From positions 1 to 52,166 of the forward strand of contig JAGWKO010000003.1 of NCBI GenBank assembly GCA_028873295.1: DNA of 52,166 bases, in the 5' to 3' direction. Positions 1 through 7,157 of this stretch are shown here, piece after piece. A program made the position numbers and the translations under genes. The notes under the pieces were generated by a model. It did no database searches and was not told the origin of the DNA. It saw nothing but the letters and a program-made list of their open reading frames with translations. This DNA comes from Verrucomicrobiota bacterium (lineage in GTDB: Bacteria; Chlamydiota; Chlamydiia; Chlamydiales; SM23-39). Each line of letters starts with the position of its first letter. Within the stretch, counting starts at the first letter, position 1.

Positions 1-108
1 TTTTTTGGGGGACTGTATCAAACTTCGTATACAGCCCCCCAAAAAAGAAGCGAAATTCGGCTCAAAAGAACCCGAAAATCGACGAAGCCTCATTACTGGA
101 ATAGGTTC
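1..108. repeat. Palindromic repeat element family A, copy 1 (cut by window start)
   Basis: Near-identical to 34960-35067: shared core GGGGACTGTATCAAACTTCGTATACAGCCCCCCAAAAAAGAAGCGAAATTCGGC and terminus CTCATTACTGG(A/G)ATAGGTTC. Overlaps the stop codon of ORF 93-1379. Confidence 0.9.
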
Positions 109-1379
109 TTAAGAGCCACATTGCGCAGCTCCACATCCTCGATCTTCTTTACAGCCGTCATGATCTCTCCTACATGTTGAGCTCTATTTTTTATTTGATT
201 CGCAACAATCGCGATTTCCCCCATGTCGCAATGATAAAGGACCATTGCGCAAATGCACTCTATAAGAGCCTGGCGCTGCTCTTCCAGATCATTCATTGCG
301 TTTGAGATAATCAATAGATCGCTGCTGCTGTAGCTGTTGGAGGGCATCTCGCAGAGAATAGCTCCCAGAGTTGTGTCTCGCAAAGTTTTATCTTGTGAGT
401 TTTCCAATTCGTTTACAATGGTTAAGATCTCCTCTGCACTGCGCTGGGAGGAGACCATTACAAAAGCGATTTCCTCTAAAGCAAGGTCATGAGTAGTTCC
501 TTTGATTTCATTTGCAATACCCAAGAGTCCTTCCACGCTATAATTTAAAGAGGCCATTTTTCGGGCAGCATCCTGTAGGATGTAATCATGTTCTTGCACA
601 TTGGCGGCTGCGGTTGCAATATCCAAAATTTTATCTGTGCTGCAGCAAAAAGAGGCCATCAGATAACTAACATCCCGCAATTGGGTAGAGCGCAGTCCAG
701 TATGCTCTATCGCGTTGATAATGCTTAAGGTCTCATCTGTACCGCGGTCGATGGCAACCATTATGCGGCTGACTCCTTGCAAAACCCGATCGCGCGACCA
801 GCTATCGTTTATTTCACGTGTAATTTTCAAGATCTCTTCTGCGGTGTGGTCCCTAGTGGCCATATGCAAGGCAATGGATTGAAAAGCGTGCAAGTGTTCC
901 ATTGGGTTTTGTATCTCTCTTGCGCGCTCATGCGCAAGGTTAAATGCTGCAAGGCGTGCGAGTATGCCCACATTCTCATCAGAAGCGTTTTCTCGACATG
1001 CCATGGAGCAACGAGCGACTCTTTGTAAGAGTGGAGGGACAATGGAGGAGATCTTTGCAAGTGAGGCTGCCTTCAGGTTGGGAGAGAGGAGAACGGATGA
1101 TTCTATTTGGTTTAGTTCTTTTTCCTGGATGGCTGTGTCTGATACGGTTGTCTTTATTGAACCATGCAAGAGGGCCCAAGAGCGCGTGAAATATATTGCA
1201 GCGCGGTTCATCTCCTTGCAAACAAGAGAGCATTGGGCCATCTCCCTGGTGTTGAGGTATCCAAAAAGATAGACGAGAATATCTGGGGACAAAGTGTTGA
1301 TTTTTGTTGCTTTTTTGTTTTTGGCAACTAAGTGATGTGTATTTATTTGTGTTAGATTGTTTGTGATTGATTGTGTCAT
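93..1379 (-). CDS. F-box domain protein with ~34-aa helical (TPR-like) repeats; candidate secreted effector
   Basis: N-terminal LSPDILVYLFGYLNTREMAQCSLVCKEMNRAA fits the F-box consensus (LP.EIL..IF.YL....L...SLVCK.W). C-terminal half has about 7 repeats at a 34-aa period (AEEILKITREI / TDETLSIINAI / TDKILDIATAA ...). Confidence 0.75.
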   Translation of the reverse strand: MTQSITNNLTQINTHHLVAKNKKATKINTLSPDILVYLFGYLNTREMAQCSLVCKEMNRAAIYFTRSWALLHGSIKTTVSDTAIQEKELNQIESSVLLSPNLKAASLAKISSIVPPLLQRVARCSMACRENASDENVGILARLAAFNLAHERAREIQNPMEHLHAFQSIALHMATRDHTAEEILKITREINDSWSRDRVLQGVSRIMVAIDRGTDETLSIINAIEHTGLRSTQLRDVSYLMASFCCSTDKILDIATAAANVQEHDYILQDAARKMASLNYSVEGLLGIANEIKGTTHDLALEEIAFVMVSSQRSAEEILTIVNELENSQDKTLRDTTLGAILCEMPSNSYSSSDLLIISNAMNDLEEQRQALIECICAMVLYHCDMGEIAIVANQIKNRAQHVGEIMTAVKKIEDVELRNVALKNLFQ

Positions 1380-1422
1380 TTTTTTTTTGATGGTAATTTT
1401 ATCGAAAATAGGTGTAATTGTC

Positions 1423-1593
1423 TATACCCAAAATGGTTCAAGAGTTGACAACTGGCCTTTGGTCTCAGGAAGAAAACATGATGGGAAGGATGTGCATGAT
1501 ACGCATGATAAATTTATCATGCACATCCTTCCCATCATGTTTTCTTCCTGAGACCAAAGGCCAGTTGTCAACTCTTGAACCATTTTGGGTATA
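1423..1593. repeat. 171-bp perfect palindrome with ERIC/MITE-like TATACCC...GGGTATA ends
   Basis: 79-bp perfect arms (1423-1501 and 1515-1593) around a 13-nt loop; TA at both termini. Confidence 0.9.
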
Positions 1594-1605
1594 TCATTAT
1601 TTTTT

Positions 1606-1634
1606 TTGACATGGCGATTTTTTTGGATTAGAAT
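1606..1634 (+). promoter_or_regulatory. sigma66/sigma70-type promoter for the Cys-rich small protein
   Basis: TTGACA-17 bp-TAGAAT, followed by a GGAG RBS before ATG 1659. Confidence 0.65.
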
Positions 1635-1658
1635 GGAAGGAGTTAGGACTGGAGTTTT

Positions 1659-1967
1659 ATGAAAAATAAAAGATGGATATTGCTGTTCTCTCTCCTTGTC
1701 GTTGCTGGATGGACAGCGGATCAGGGAATGAGCGGAGATCCGAGTGGGGATCTTCAGCAGGAGCAGTCCGAAGAGTCTGCCCAGCCAAAGACGCCCAATG
1801 CAGAAGAGTCTAAAGAGAGCGGCAATGCGCCTGCTGCATCTGAGTCCTCAACGAGCTCTGTTGGAAGCAAGAAGAAGTGTTCTGGAGACAATTGTCATGA
1901 GGAGTGCACTGGAGAGATGTGCGGGAATGAGTGTTGCTGCACTCCGACGACTTGCAATTGTAAGTAG
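1659..1967 (+). CDS. Small secreted protein with acidic linker and Cys-rich C-terminus
   Basis: Signal peptide MKNKRWILLFSLLVVAG, low-complexity E/S/Q linker, then CSGDNCHEECTGEMCGNECCCTPTTCNCK (9 Cys). Has a promoter and RBS. Confidence 0.75.
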   Translation: MKNKRWILLFSLLVVAGWTADQGMSGDPSGDLQQEQSEESAQPKTPNAEESKESGNAPAASESSTSSVGSKKKCSGDNCHEECTGEMCGNECCCTPTTCNCK

Positions 1968-1975
1968 AAATAATT

Positions 1976-2890
1976 TTATTTTGCATCGGGGTTTTTAAAA
2001 GTTTCAGCGAGGGACTCGGGTCGTTTTTTCAAAATGTAGGTGAGAGTCCCTCCGAGAATGATAAAGAGACTGCCGATGAAGGTCTGCACTGAAGGCAGGA
2101 TGTCGAAGAGCAGCCAGCTGATGAGGGCTGCGTAAATCACTGTTGAGTAGCCCAGAGGCGAGAGATAGGAGGCTGTGCCGAAGCGGTAGGCGATTGTTAA
2201 GAGGATCTGTGCGATCAGAGTTCCAACGCCGATTCCCAGGAGTTGCAGCCATTCTAATGGAGTGGGGGTTGTCCAGGAGATCAGGGCAAAGGGAAAAGAG
2301 AGGATAATACCAAGAGAGAAGTAGTAGGAGAGGATACGCTCCATTGACTCGCGGCGAAGGTTGAGAATCCTGAGGGCGCAAAAAGCAAGAGCTGAAGAGA
2401 TGCCTGCAAAAAGACCATAGACGAACCCAAGCTCAAAGAGGGGCCGAGAGGGGTTTAAAACAATTGCTACGCCGATAAAACCCACGATAATAGCCCACCA
2501 GACGTTGGGGCCTACTTTTTGCTTTGTCCAAATCCACCAAAAAATCGGAATGAAGAAGGGAGTAGAGTAGTTGAGGAGGGTTGCATTGGTCAGATCCCAA
2601 TCCTGAATGGCAAGAAAATAGAAAAAATAGCTTCCCACCCCAAACAGATCGCGCAAAAGGTGTTCTCTGGGACAGGTTGTTTTGAGCGCTTTAATTCCCT
2701 TACGGAGAACTAATGGGGAAACAAGAAGAAGCGCGACAACATTTTGGAAAAAGAGAATTTGAGCAATAGGAATCCGTTCAATTTTCCAGACAATTGAGCT
2801 TACCGTAATAAAGAAGAGATAGGCAATCAGCGTCATGCCGATTCCTAGAAGAAGGCGAGGAGGGATTGGCTCGTGGGAGTGGTGTGCCAA
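1976..2890 (-). CDS. DMT/EamA family transporter
   Basis: About 10 TM segments, two EamA halves, motifs ATLLNYSTPFF and ASYLSPLGYSTV. Confidence 0.85.
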   Translation of the reverse strand: MAHHSHEPIPPRLLLGIGMTLIAYLFFITVSSIVWKIERIPIAQILFFQNVVALLLVSPLVLRKGIKALKTTCPREHLLRDLFGVGSYFFYFLAIQDWDLTNATLLNYSTPFFIPIFWWIWTKQKVGPNVWWAIIVGFIGVAIVLNPSRPLFELGFVYGLFAGISSALAFCALRILNLRRESMERILSYYFSLGIILSFPFALISWTTPTPLEWLQLLGIGVGTLIAQILLTIAYRFGTASYLSPLGYSTVIYAALISWLLFDILPSVQTFIGSLFIILGGTLTYILKKRPESLAETFKNPDAK

Positions 2891-2942
2891 GATATGTGAA
2901 TTTCCTTCATTATATGAAAAGTCCTTTTACCGGGATAGGGTC

Positions 2943-3578
2943 TTGAAAGCGCGTTGGAGAAACTGGTTTCTTGCAGTACAGAGCTCACTGCAGCGTTCTT
3001 GGAGCGATTTTCTCTCTCCTCCTTTTTGCCATTGTTGTCTTGCTTTTAGAGAGCAGGCTTTCTTGTGTAGAGAGTGCTGGCAATGCTGCGAGCTTCTGGA
3101 TTCTGTTGGAAGGTGTATCCATTGCTTTGAAGAGACAGAATCGCCACCCCTCTGTATGCGCTGCACAGCAGCGCCACTTCTTCCGATCCCGATAGCTTCT
3201 CTTTTTGCACCTTCGGAACCGGTCATGCTGCTTCTTCGTAGAACAGAACATGCTCCAGAAGCGATCGGTGCCTATTTCTGGCTTCAGTGGGATCGTTTGG
3301 GATGGCCTCTTCCCGATAGGCTTCTTCCCCTTCGAGGAATGTCGCGTGTCGCGCTCGCCATTGGCGATCTGATGGAACGCCCCATCTCTCCAGTGCTCAC
3401 TTTCCCCTGGTTTGATGCGGAAATGTTGGAAAAGGGGGGTACTTTTCTTGTGATCGCCAGAACAAAGATGGGGGTGGAAAAAGCTGTTCGCAATCTGGGG
3501 GAGGCGTTTCCAAAAAGAGTCTATGCGTTAATCCTTATTCATGGGAAGCTCGACTTTGCAACTTTTGAGCATCGCTGA
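2943..3578 (+). CDS. ComF-like protein (double zinc ribbon plus degenerate PRTase domain); start approximate
   Basis: PPFCHCC...LCRECW...RCIHC...LCMRC is the ComF N-terminal pattern. The PRPP-binding VDDV.TTG motif is missing. Confidence 0.6.
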   Translation: MKARWRNWFLAVQSSLQRSWSDFLSPPFCHCCLAFREQAFLCRECWQCCELLDSVGRCIHCFEETESPPLCMRCTAAPLLPIPIASLFAPSEPVMLLLRRTEHAPEAIGAYFWLQWDRLGWPLPDRLLPLRGMSRVALAIGDLMERPISPVLTFPWFDAEMLEKGGTFLVIARTKMGVEKAVRNLGEAFPKRVYALILIHGKLDFATFEHR

Positions 3579-3633
3579 ATCAGTCGGGCGCAGCCCGACT
3601 GATTCAGCGATGCTCAAAAGTTGCAAAGTCGAG
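3549..3633. repeat. 85-bp perfect palindrome (family B) overlapping the comF-like stop codon
   Basis: 41-bp perfect arms CTCGACTTTGCAACTTTTGAGCATCGCTGAATCAGTCGGGC with a GCA loop. Confidence 0.9.
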
Positions 3634-3711
3634 TTTAAACCAACCGCCGAACATGGATTCAAATCCATAAAATTTCGCTATATCATTGAATTTTTTTTTA
3701 AGATTTTATAA

Positions 3712-4758
3712 TCAGTATCTAATTCCTGTCTCCAGGGTGAGTCCCTGGAAGGTTAGGTTGCCCTGGGTCTGAGAAACAGAAGCGCCGGCGGTTGTCTCAT
3801 TCAGCTCATCGATGTAGCGCAAGAGACCATTCTGTTTCCACCAGACCTGTGTCTCATAGGCAGCGCTGACAAAATAGTCAACGGAGCGGAAGGAGTGCAG
3901 AAAAGAAAATCCTAAAGAAAGATCGGCTTCCGGACGGAATGTCCAATATTTTTCGGTGAGATCGACAGAATCTGTGAGGAGGGATCTCTCCTCTAAAAAA
4001 AGATCTGTTTCTGCGCGTCCGAGGTGGAAATAAGAGGCAAGAAGCGCTGTGGAGAGATGCCCGAAAAGAGAGACCCCCTTGCCGAGAGCCCAAAGCGTTT
4101 TTAGCCCGAAAAAAGGCCCCACGTTATTGGAAAAGCAGTTCATGTCGATGGATGAGGAGAGGATACGAATCGAGGAGGTGACCTGATTGCCTTCTGAATA
4201 ATCGACATTATAGTTCTGATGGATCCAGGCAGAGCGAAGACCCCATTCAGGTGCAAGAGTGAAGCGCGTGCCGATTAGACAGTCGCGTTCCAGAGCAAGG
4301 TCAAGAAAGGAGTTTTGCATCTTCCAGTGGCTCTTTGCATGAAGAAAGCGCGCTGTCGTATTGTTGCCAAGAAAAGCAGCGGGATTAGTCCAGACAGCGA
4401 TGAGTCCAGGACCAGGGAGAGCAGTGGGATCAAAACTGGCAGAGGTGCTGCGACCAAGATGCGATGCATAGTAGGTATAGGTGGCTTCCAAATTCCAGTT
4501 GTCATAGGGAAGCAGTCCGCCTGCTCTTAAGCGAAAGGCGGGGAGAAATTGAAAGTTGGGCTCGTAAAAGGTGAGATTCTGATCGTTTTGAGATCCAGAA
4601 TTTTTGTAGGCGAACTCCAGCCCATCCTCCACCGCATCCCAGTAGAGAAAATCAACGGCGAATGAAAAAACCTCTTCTTTGGGAGGGGGAGATTCAAGCG
4701 ATGAGGGAGCCGCTGCAAAAAGAGAAGAAGAAAGAAGCAGGAGAACGAAATATACCAT
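3712..4758 (-). CDS. Lpg1974/MOMP-like outer-membrane beta-barrel porin (paralog 3)
   Basis: Signal peptide, Pro-rich linker, DFLYW..EDGLEFA, YETQVWW, GNLTFQGLTL and terminal aromatic Y. Confidence 0.75.
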   Translation of the reverse strand: MVYFVLLLLSSSLFAAAPSSLESPPPKEEVFSFAVDFLYWDAVEDGLEFAYKNSGSQNDQNLTFYEPNFQFLPAFRLRAGGLLPYDNWNLEATYTYYASHLGRSTSASFDPTALPGPGLIAVWTNPAAFLGNNTTARFLHAKSHWKMQNSFLDLALERDCLIGTRFTLAPEWGLRSAWIHQNYNVDYSEGNQVTSSIRILSSSIDMNCFSNNVGPFFGLKTLWALGKGVSLFGHLSTALLASYFHLGRAETDLFLEERSLLTDSVDLTEKYWTFRPEADLSLGFSFLHSFRSVDYFVSAAYETQVWWKQNGLLRYIDELNETTAGASVSQTQGNLTFQGLTLETGIRY

Positions 4759-4759
4759 G

Positions 4760-5785
4760 TTAATAACCTACTGTAGCAGAGAGAGAGAGACCTTGAAAAA
4801 GAAGGTTGCCTCGATTGTTGAACGCAGCAGAAAAGAGGGCGCTGTCGGCAGTGCGAATTGTCATATTTTGCTCCCAGTATTGCTGAACTTCATAGCCTGC
4901 TTCACAGGAAAAAAGGCCGCTTTTCCCCCAAAGAGTCTCCCAGACAAACGCTACCTTCATCTCCAAAAGAGGTCGCCATACCCAGAAACCCTCATGCAGA
5001 TGCGCTCTAACCTTGTCGAGGGCTCCGTCAATGAGACCAAGAGCAAGATCGATTCGTCTTGTTTTCATCTGTGAAAGAACAGCTGCTGCAGCAATGTCCC
5101 CATAGAGAGAAAGTCCGTGCGGGAACTCCCAACGCGTTCCCCAACCTGCTCTGGGACCGACGCCATGACAGTAGGTCTTTGTGTGTGCAGAAGATTGCAG
5201 CATGCTGCTTGTTTCAAAAGAGGCGCCATCAAAATAGGAGACATCGTAGGTTTGGTCGATGAGAAGAGCCTTTAGCCCTCCAAAAAGTGTAAAGAAGAGA
5301 GTGTCCGAGAAAGAACCACTGGAGGCAAGCTCCAGATCAAGCTCATTGAGGTGTAGTTTGAGTGCAGAAGAGCTCTTTGCATAGCGGGGGGCGGGGATAA
5401 TGGCAGCCCCCTCAGGGATCCAAAGAGGCAAAAGACCCTCTCCAGAAACAGTGACAGGAGAGGTAGCATGAGTTGTTGAGGAAAAAAAACCCCATGTCCA
5501 GCGCGCAATAGCATCCCATCCGATGTCCTGAAAATGATACCCGACAAGAGTTTTGCAGCCCGGATTCCAGGAAAAATCAGGAGAGACAAGGTTGGCTGAT
5601 ACCTGTAAAGGGGAGGAGGGATTATTTGATGCGGCAAATTCAAGCCCATCTTCTATGCACTGCCAATAGAGAAAGGTCGCCTCAATGCGCAGCCCGTCTG
5701 CCTCTTGTTGTTCAGGGAAAGAGGGTTTTGGGGGCTCCGGAAGCGCTGCGAAAAGAAGAAGTGGAAGAGCAAGAAGTTTTTTCAT
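4760..5785 (-). CDS. Lpg1974/MOMP-like outer-membrane beta-barrel porin (paralog 2)
   Basis: Start at MKKLLALPLLLFAA; FLYW..EDGLEFA, GYEVQQYW, GNLLFQGLSL, terminal Y. Confidence 0.75.
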   Translation of the reverse strand: MKKLLALPLLLFAALPEPPKPSFPEQQEADGLRIEATFLYWQCIEDGLEFAASNNPSSPLQVSANLVSPDFSWNPGCKTLVGYHFQDIGWDAIARWTWGFFSSTTHATSPVTVSGEGLLPLWIPEGAAIIPAPRYAKSSSALKLHLNELDLELASSGSFSDTLFFTLFGGLKALLIDQTYDVSYFDGASFETSSMLQSSAHTKTYCHGVGPRAGWGTRWEFPHGLSLYGDIAAAAVLSQMKTRRIDLALGLIDGALDKVRAHLHEGFWVWRPLLEMKVAFVWETLWGKSGLFSCEAGYEVQQYWEQNMTIRTADSALFSAAFNNRGNLLFQGLSLSATVGY

Positions 5786-5793
5786 GTTTGAAC

Positions 5794-6891
5794 CTAGTAT
5801 CGATAGGAAGCTGTTGCTGTCAGTCCATGCATTTGCAAATCGCCGCGAGAGGGGAAAGTGCCTCCGGGGAGGAGATGGGAATAGCCTCTTCTCAAGAGAT
5901 TTTGTCCCCACCAGTATTGAAATTCATAAAGAACCGCAAGGCCTACTTCACTTGTGGTGAAAAAGTCATATTTCCAATCAATGCCAAATTGTGCTTCGAG
6001 CACCGGCTCAAGGCCATGTGAGTTTGTGTGCTGCGTGAGGTGATAGGGTACCTGACTTGCAGTATCTACCTGAACGTTGAGATCCTCCTGGTCCCGCGTC
6101 GTTTTAAGAGCGGAGTAGAGCAGGGAAAAGGCAGTGTTGATCTCGAGTGCAAGCCCCCAGCCAAATTTCCAGCGAGAGTCAAATCCCAAACGAGGCCCTC
6201 CTCCCCAGGTTCTATTATCGAACGAAACAGTGCTTTGTAGAAGCGAGTAGACGACGTGCTCTCCTCCTGCGATAAGGGCATCGACGGTGGACCCGTTGGC
6301 ATATTCGACGCGGTAATACTGGTGAATCCAGGCGCCCTTCAGCCCCGTAAAAAAGTGCCAATCGCTCAATCTGCCGAAGGTGGATAAACGCCCCATCTCA
6401 AGATCGATGGAATCAAAATAGTGGCGCCAGCTCGAAGTGGAGGAAGAGAAGCGAATAACGCTTGGTTCATGAACTGTATAAAAGGGATAAAACCAGAGAG
6501 GAATAATTCCCATACCCTCAGGGGCGATCTGCTCCTCGAAGTGTTTTTTCAAACGTGTCGTCTCACCTCGATACCAGGTCCAACGGGCATCCAGATCCCA
6601 CTTGTCTGCAGCGAATTGATAACCGACCTCCAGTTTTGCGCCAGGCCGCCAGGCAAAGTCCGGAACGGAGATGTTTTCCTTTAAAGCGGCATGTAGAGTC
6701 TCTTCCTCTGTTGGCTGCGTCGACTTGGCAGAAAATTCTACACCCCACATCTTCGATTGCCAAATGAGAAAGGAGACGTCGACAAAAGGGCTCCCCTGTG
6801 GTGTAGGCTTAGGAGGGGTGGCAGGAGGAGTGGAAGGGAGAGAGCAAAAAAGCAGCGCAGGAAGGAGCGTAATAGGCCAAAGATAATGCAT
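5794..6891 (-). CDS. Lpg1974/MOMP-like outer-membrane beta-barrel porin (paralog 1)
   Basis: Signal peptide, Pro-rich linker, SFLIW, YEFQYWW, GDLQMHGLT, terminal YRY. Confidence 0.75.
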   Translation of the reverse strand: MHYLWPITLLPALLFCSLPSTPPATPPKPTPQGSPFVDVSFLIWQSKMWGVEFSAKSTQPTEEETLHAALKENISVPDFAWRPGAKLEVGYQFAADKWDLDARWTWYRGETTRLKKHFEEQIAPEGMGIIPLWFYPFYTVHEPSVIRFSSSTSSWRHYFDSIDLEMGRLSTFGRLSDWHFFTGLKGAWIHQYYRVEYANGSTVDALIAGGEHVVYSLLQSTVSFDNRTWGGGPRLGFDSRWKFGWGLALEINTAFSLLYSALKTTRDQEDLNVQVDTASQVPYHLTQHTNSHGLEPVLEAQFGIDWKYDFFTTSEVGLAVLYEFQYWWGQNLLRRGYSHLLPGGTFPSRGDLQMHGLTATASYRY

Positions 6892-6922
6892 AGCTCGGTT
6901 TGGGGTTCCAAAGAGGTTTTAT

Positions 6923-7137
6923 CCCCTGGACGCGAGAAAACTCGGCCCTTTAGGGCCGAGATGAATCGCGACTTTTGCTTTTAATTTCTTCCCATACTAA
7001 ACTATACTGCGTAGTTCGGCAAGACCTTCCTGGGACAAGTTCCCCTAACCAAAATTGCCAAAGTTTTAGCCCTGGGGTAGCATGGCTTGGGTATCCAATC
7101 CCTAGAAGCCTTCGGCTTTAGCCGAGGGAGCTGTCAC
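6923..7137 (+). mobile_element. Non-autonomous IS200/IS605-family mini-element (no tnpA/tnpB)
   Basis: Preceded by TTTAT (6918-6922). Left hairpin CTCGGCCCTTTAGGGCCGAG. Right end CCCTAGAAGCCTTCGGCTTTAGCCGAGGGAGCTGTCAC has the related hairpin and terminal TCAC typical of tnpB-carrying elements. No terminal IRs or target duplication. Confidence 0.75.
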
Positions 7138-7157
7138 GTCACGATGTTGTTAAGGAG
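7010..7157 (+). ncRNA. Putative orphan TnpB omegaRNA (reRNA) scaffold plus flank-derived guide
   Basis: TTGCTT-17-TAAACT promoter candidate (6975-7003), then about 128 nt ending at the TCAC right end. The guide would be the flank GTCACGATGTTGTTAAGGAG. Inferred from IS605 architecture. Confidence 0.45.

Noticed and set aside
20-31. AACTTCGTATA in the loop of family A resembles a loxP half-site
   Set aside because: Only one partial arm, no second arm at 8-bp spacing, and no recombinase in the window; probably coincidence.
1357-1609. 63-64 aa ORFs across the 171-bp palindrome
   Set aside because: By-products of the palindrome; no RBS or recognisable protein features.
5786-5911. Long N-terminal extension of porin paralog 2 in the ORF track
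   Set aside because: It overlaps paralog 1; the signal peptide begins at ATG 5785.
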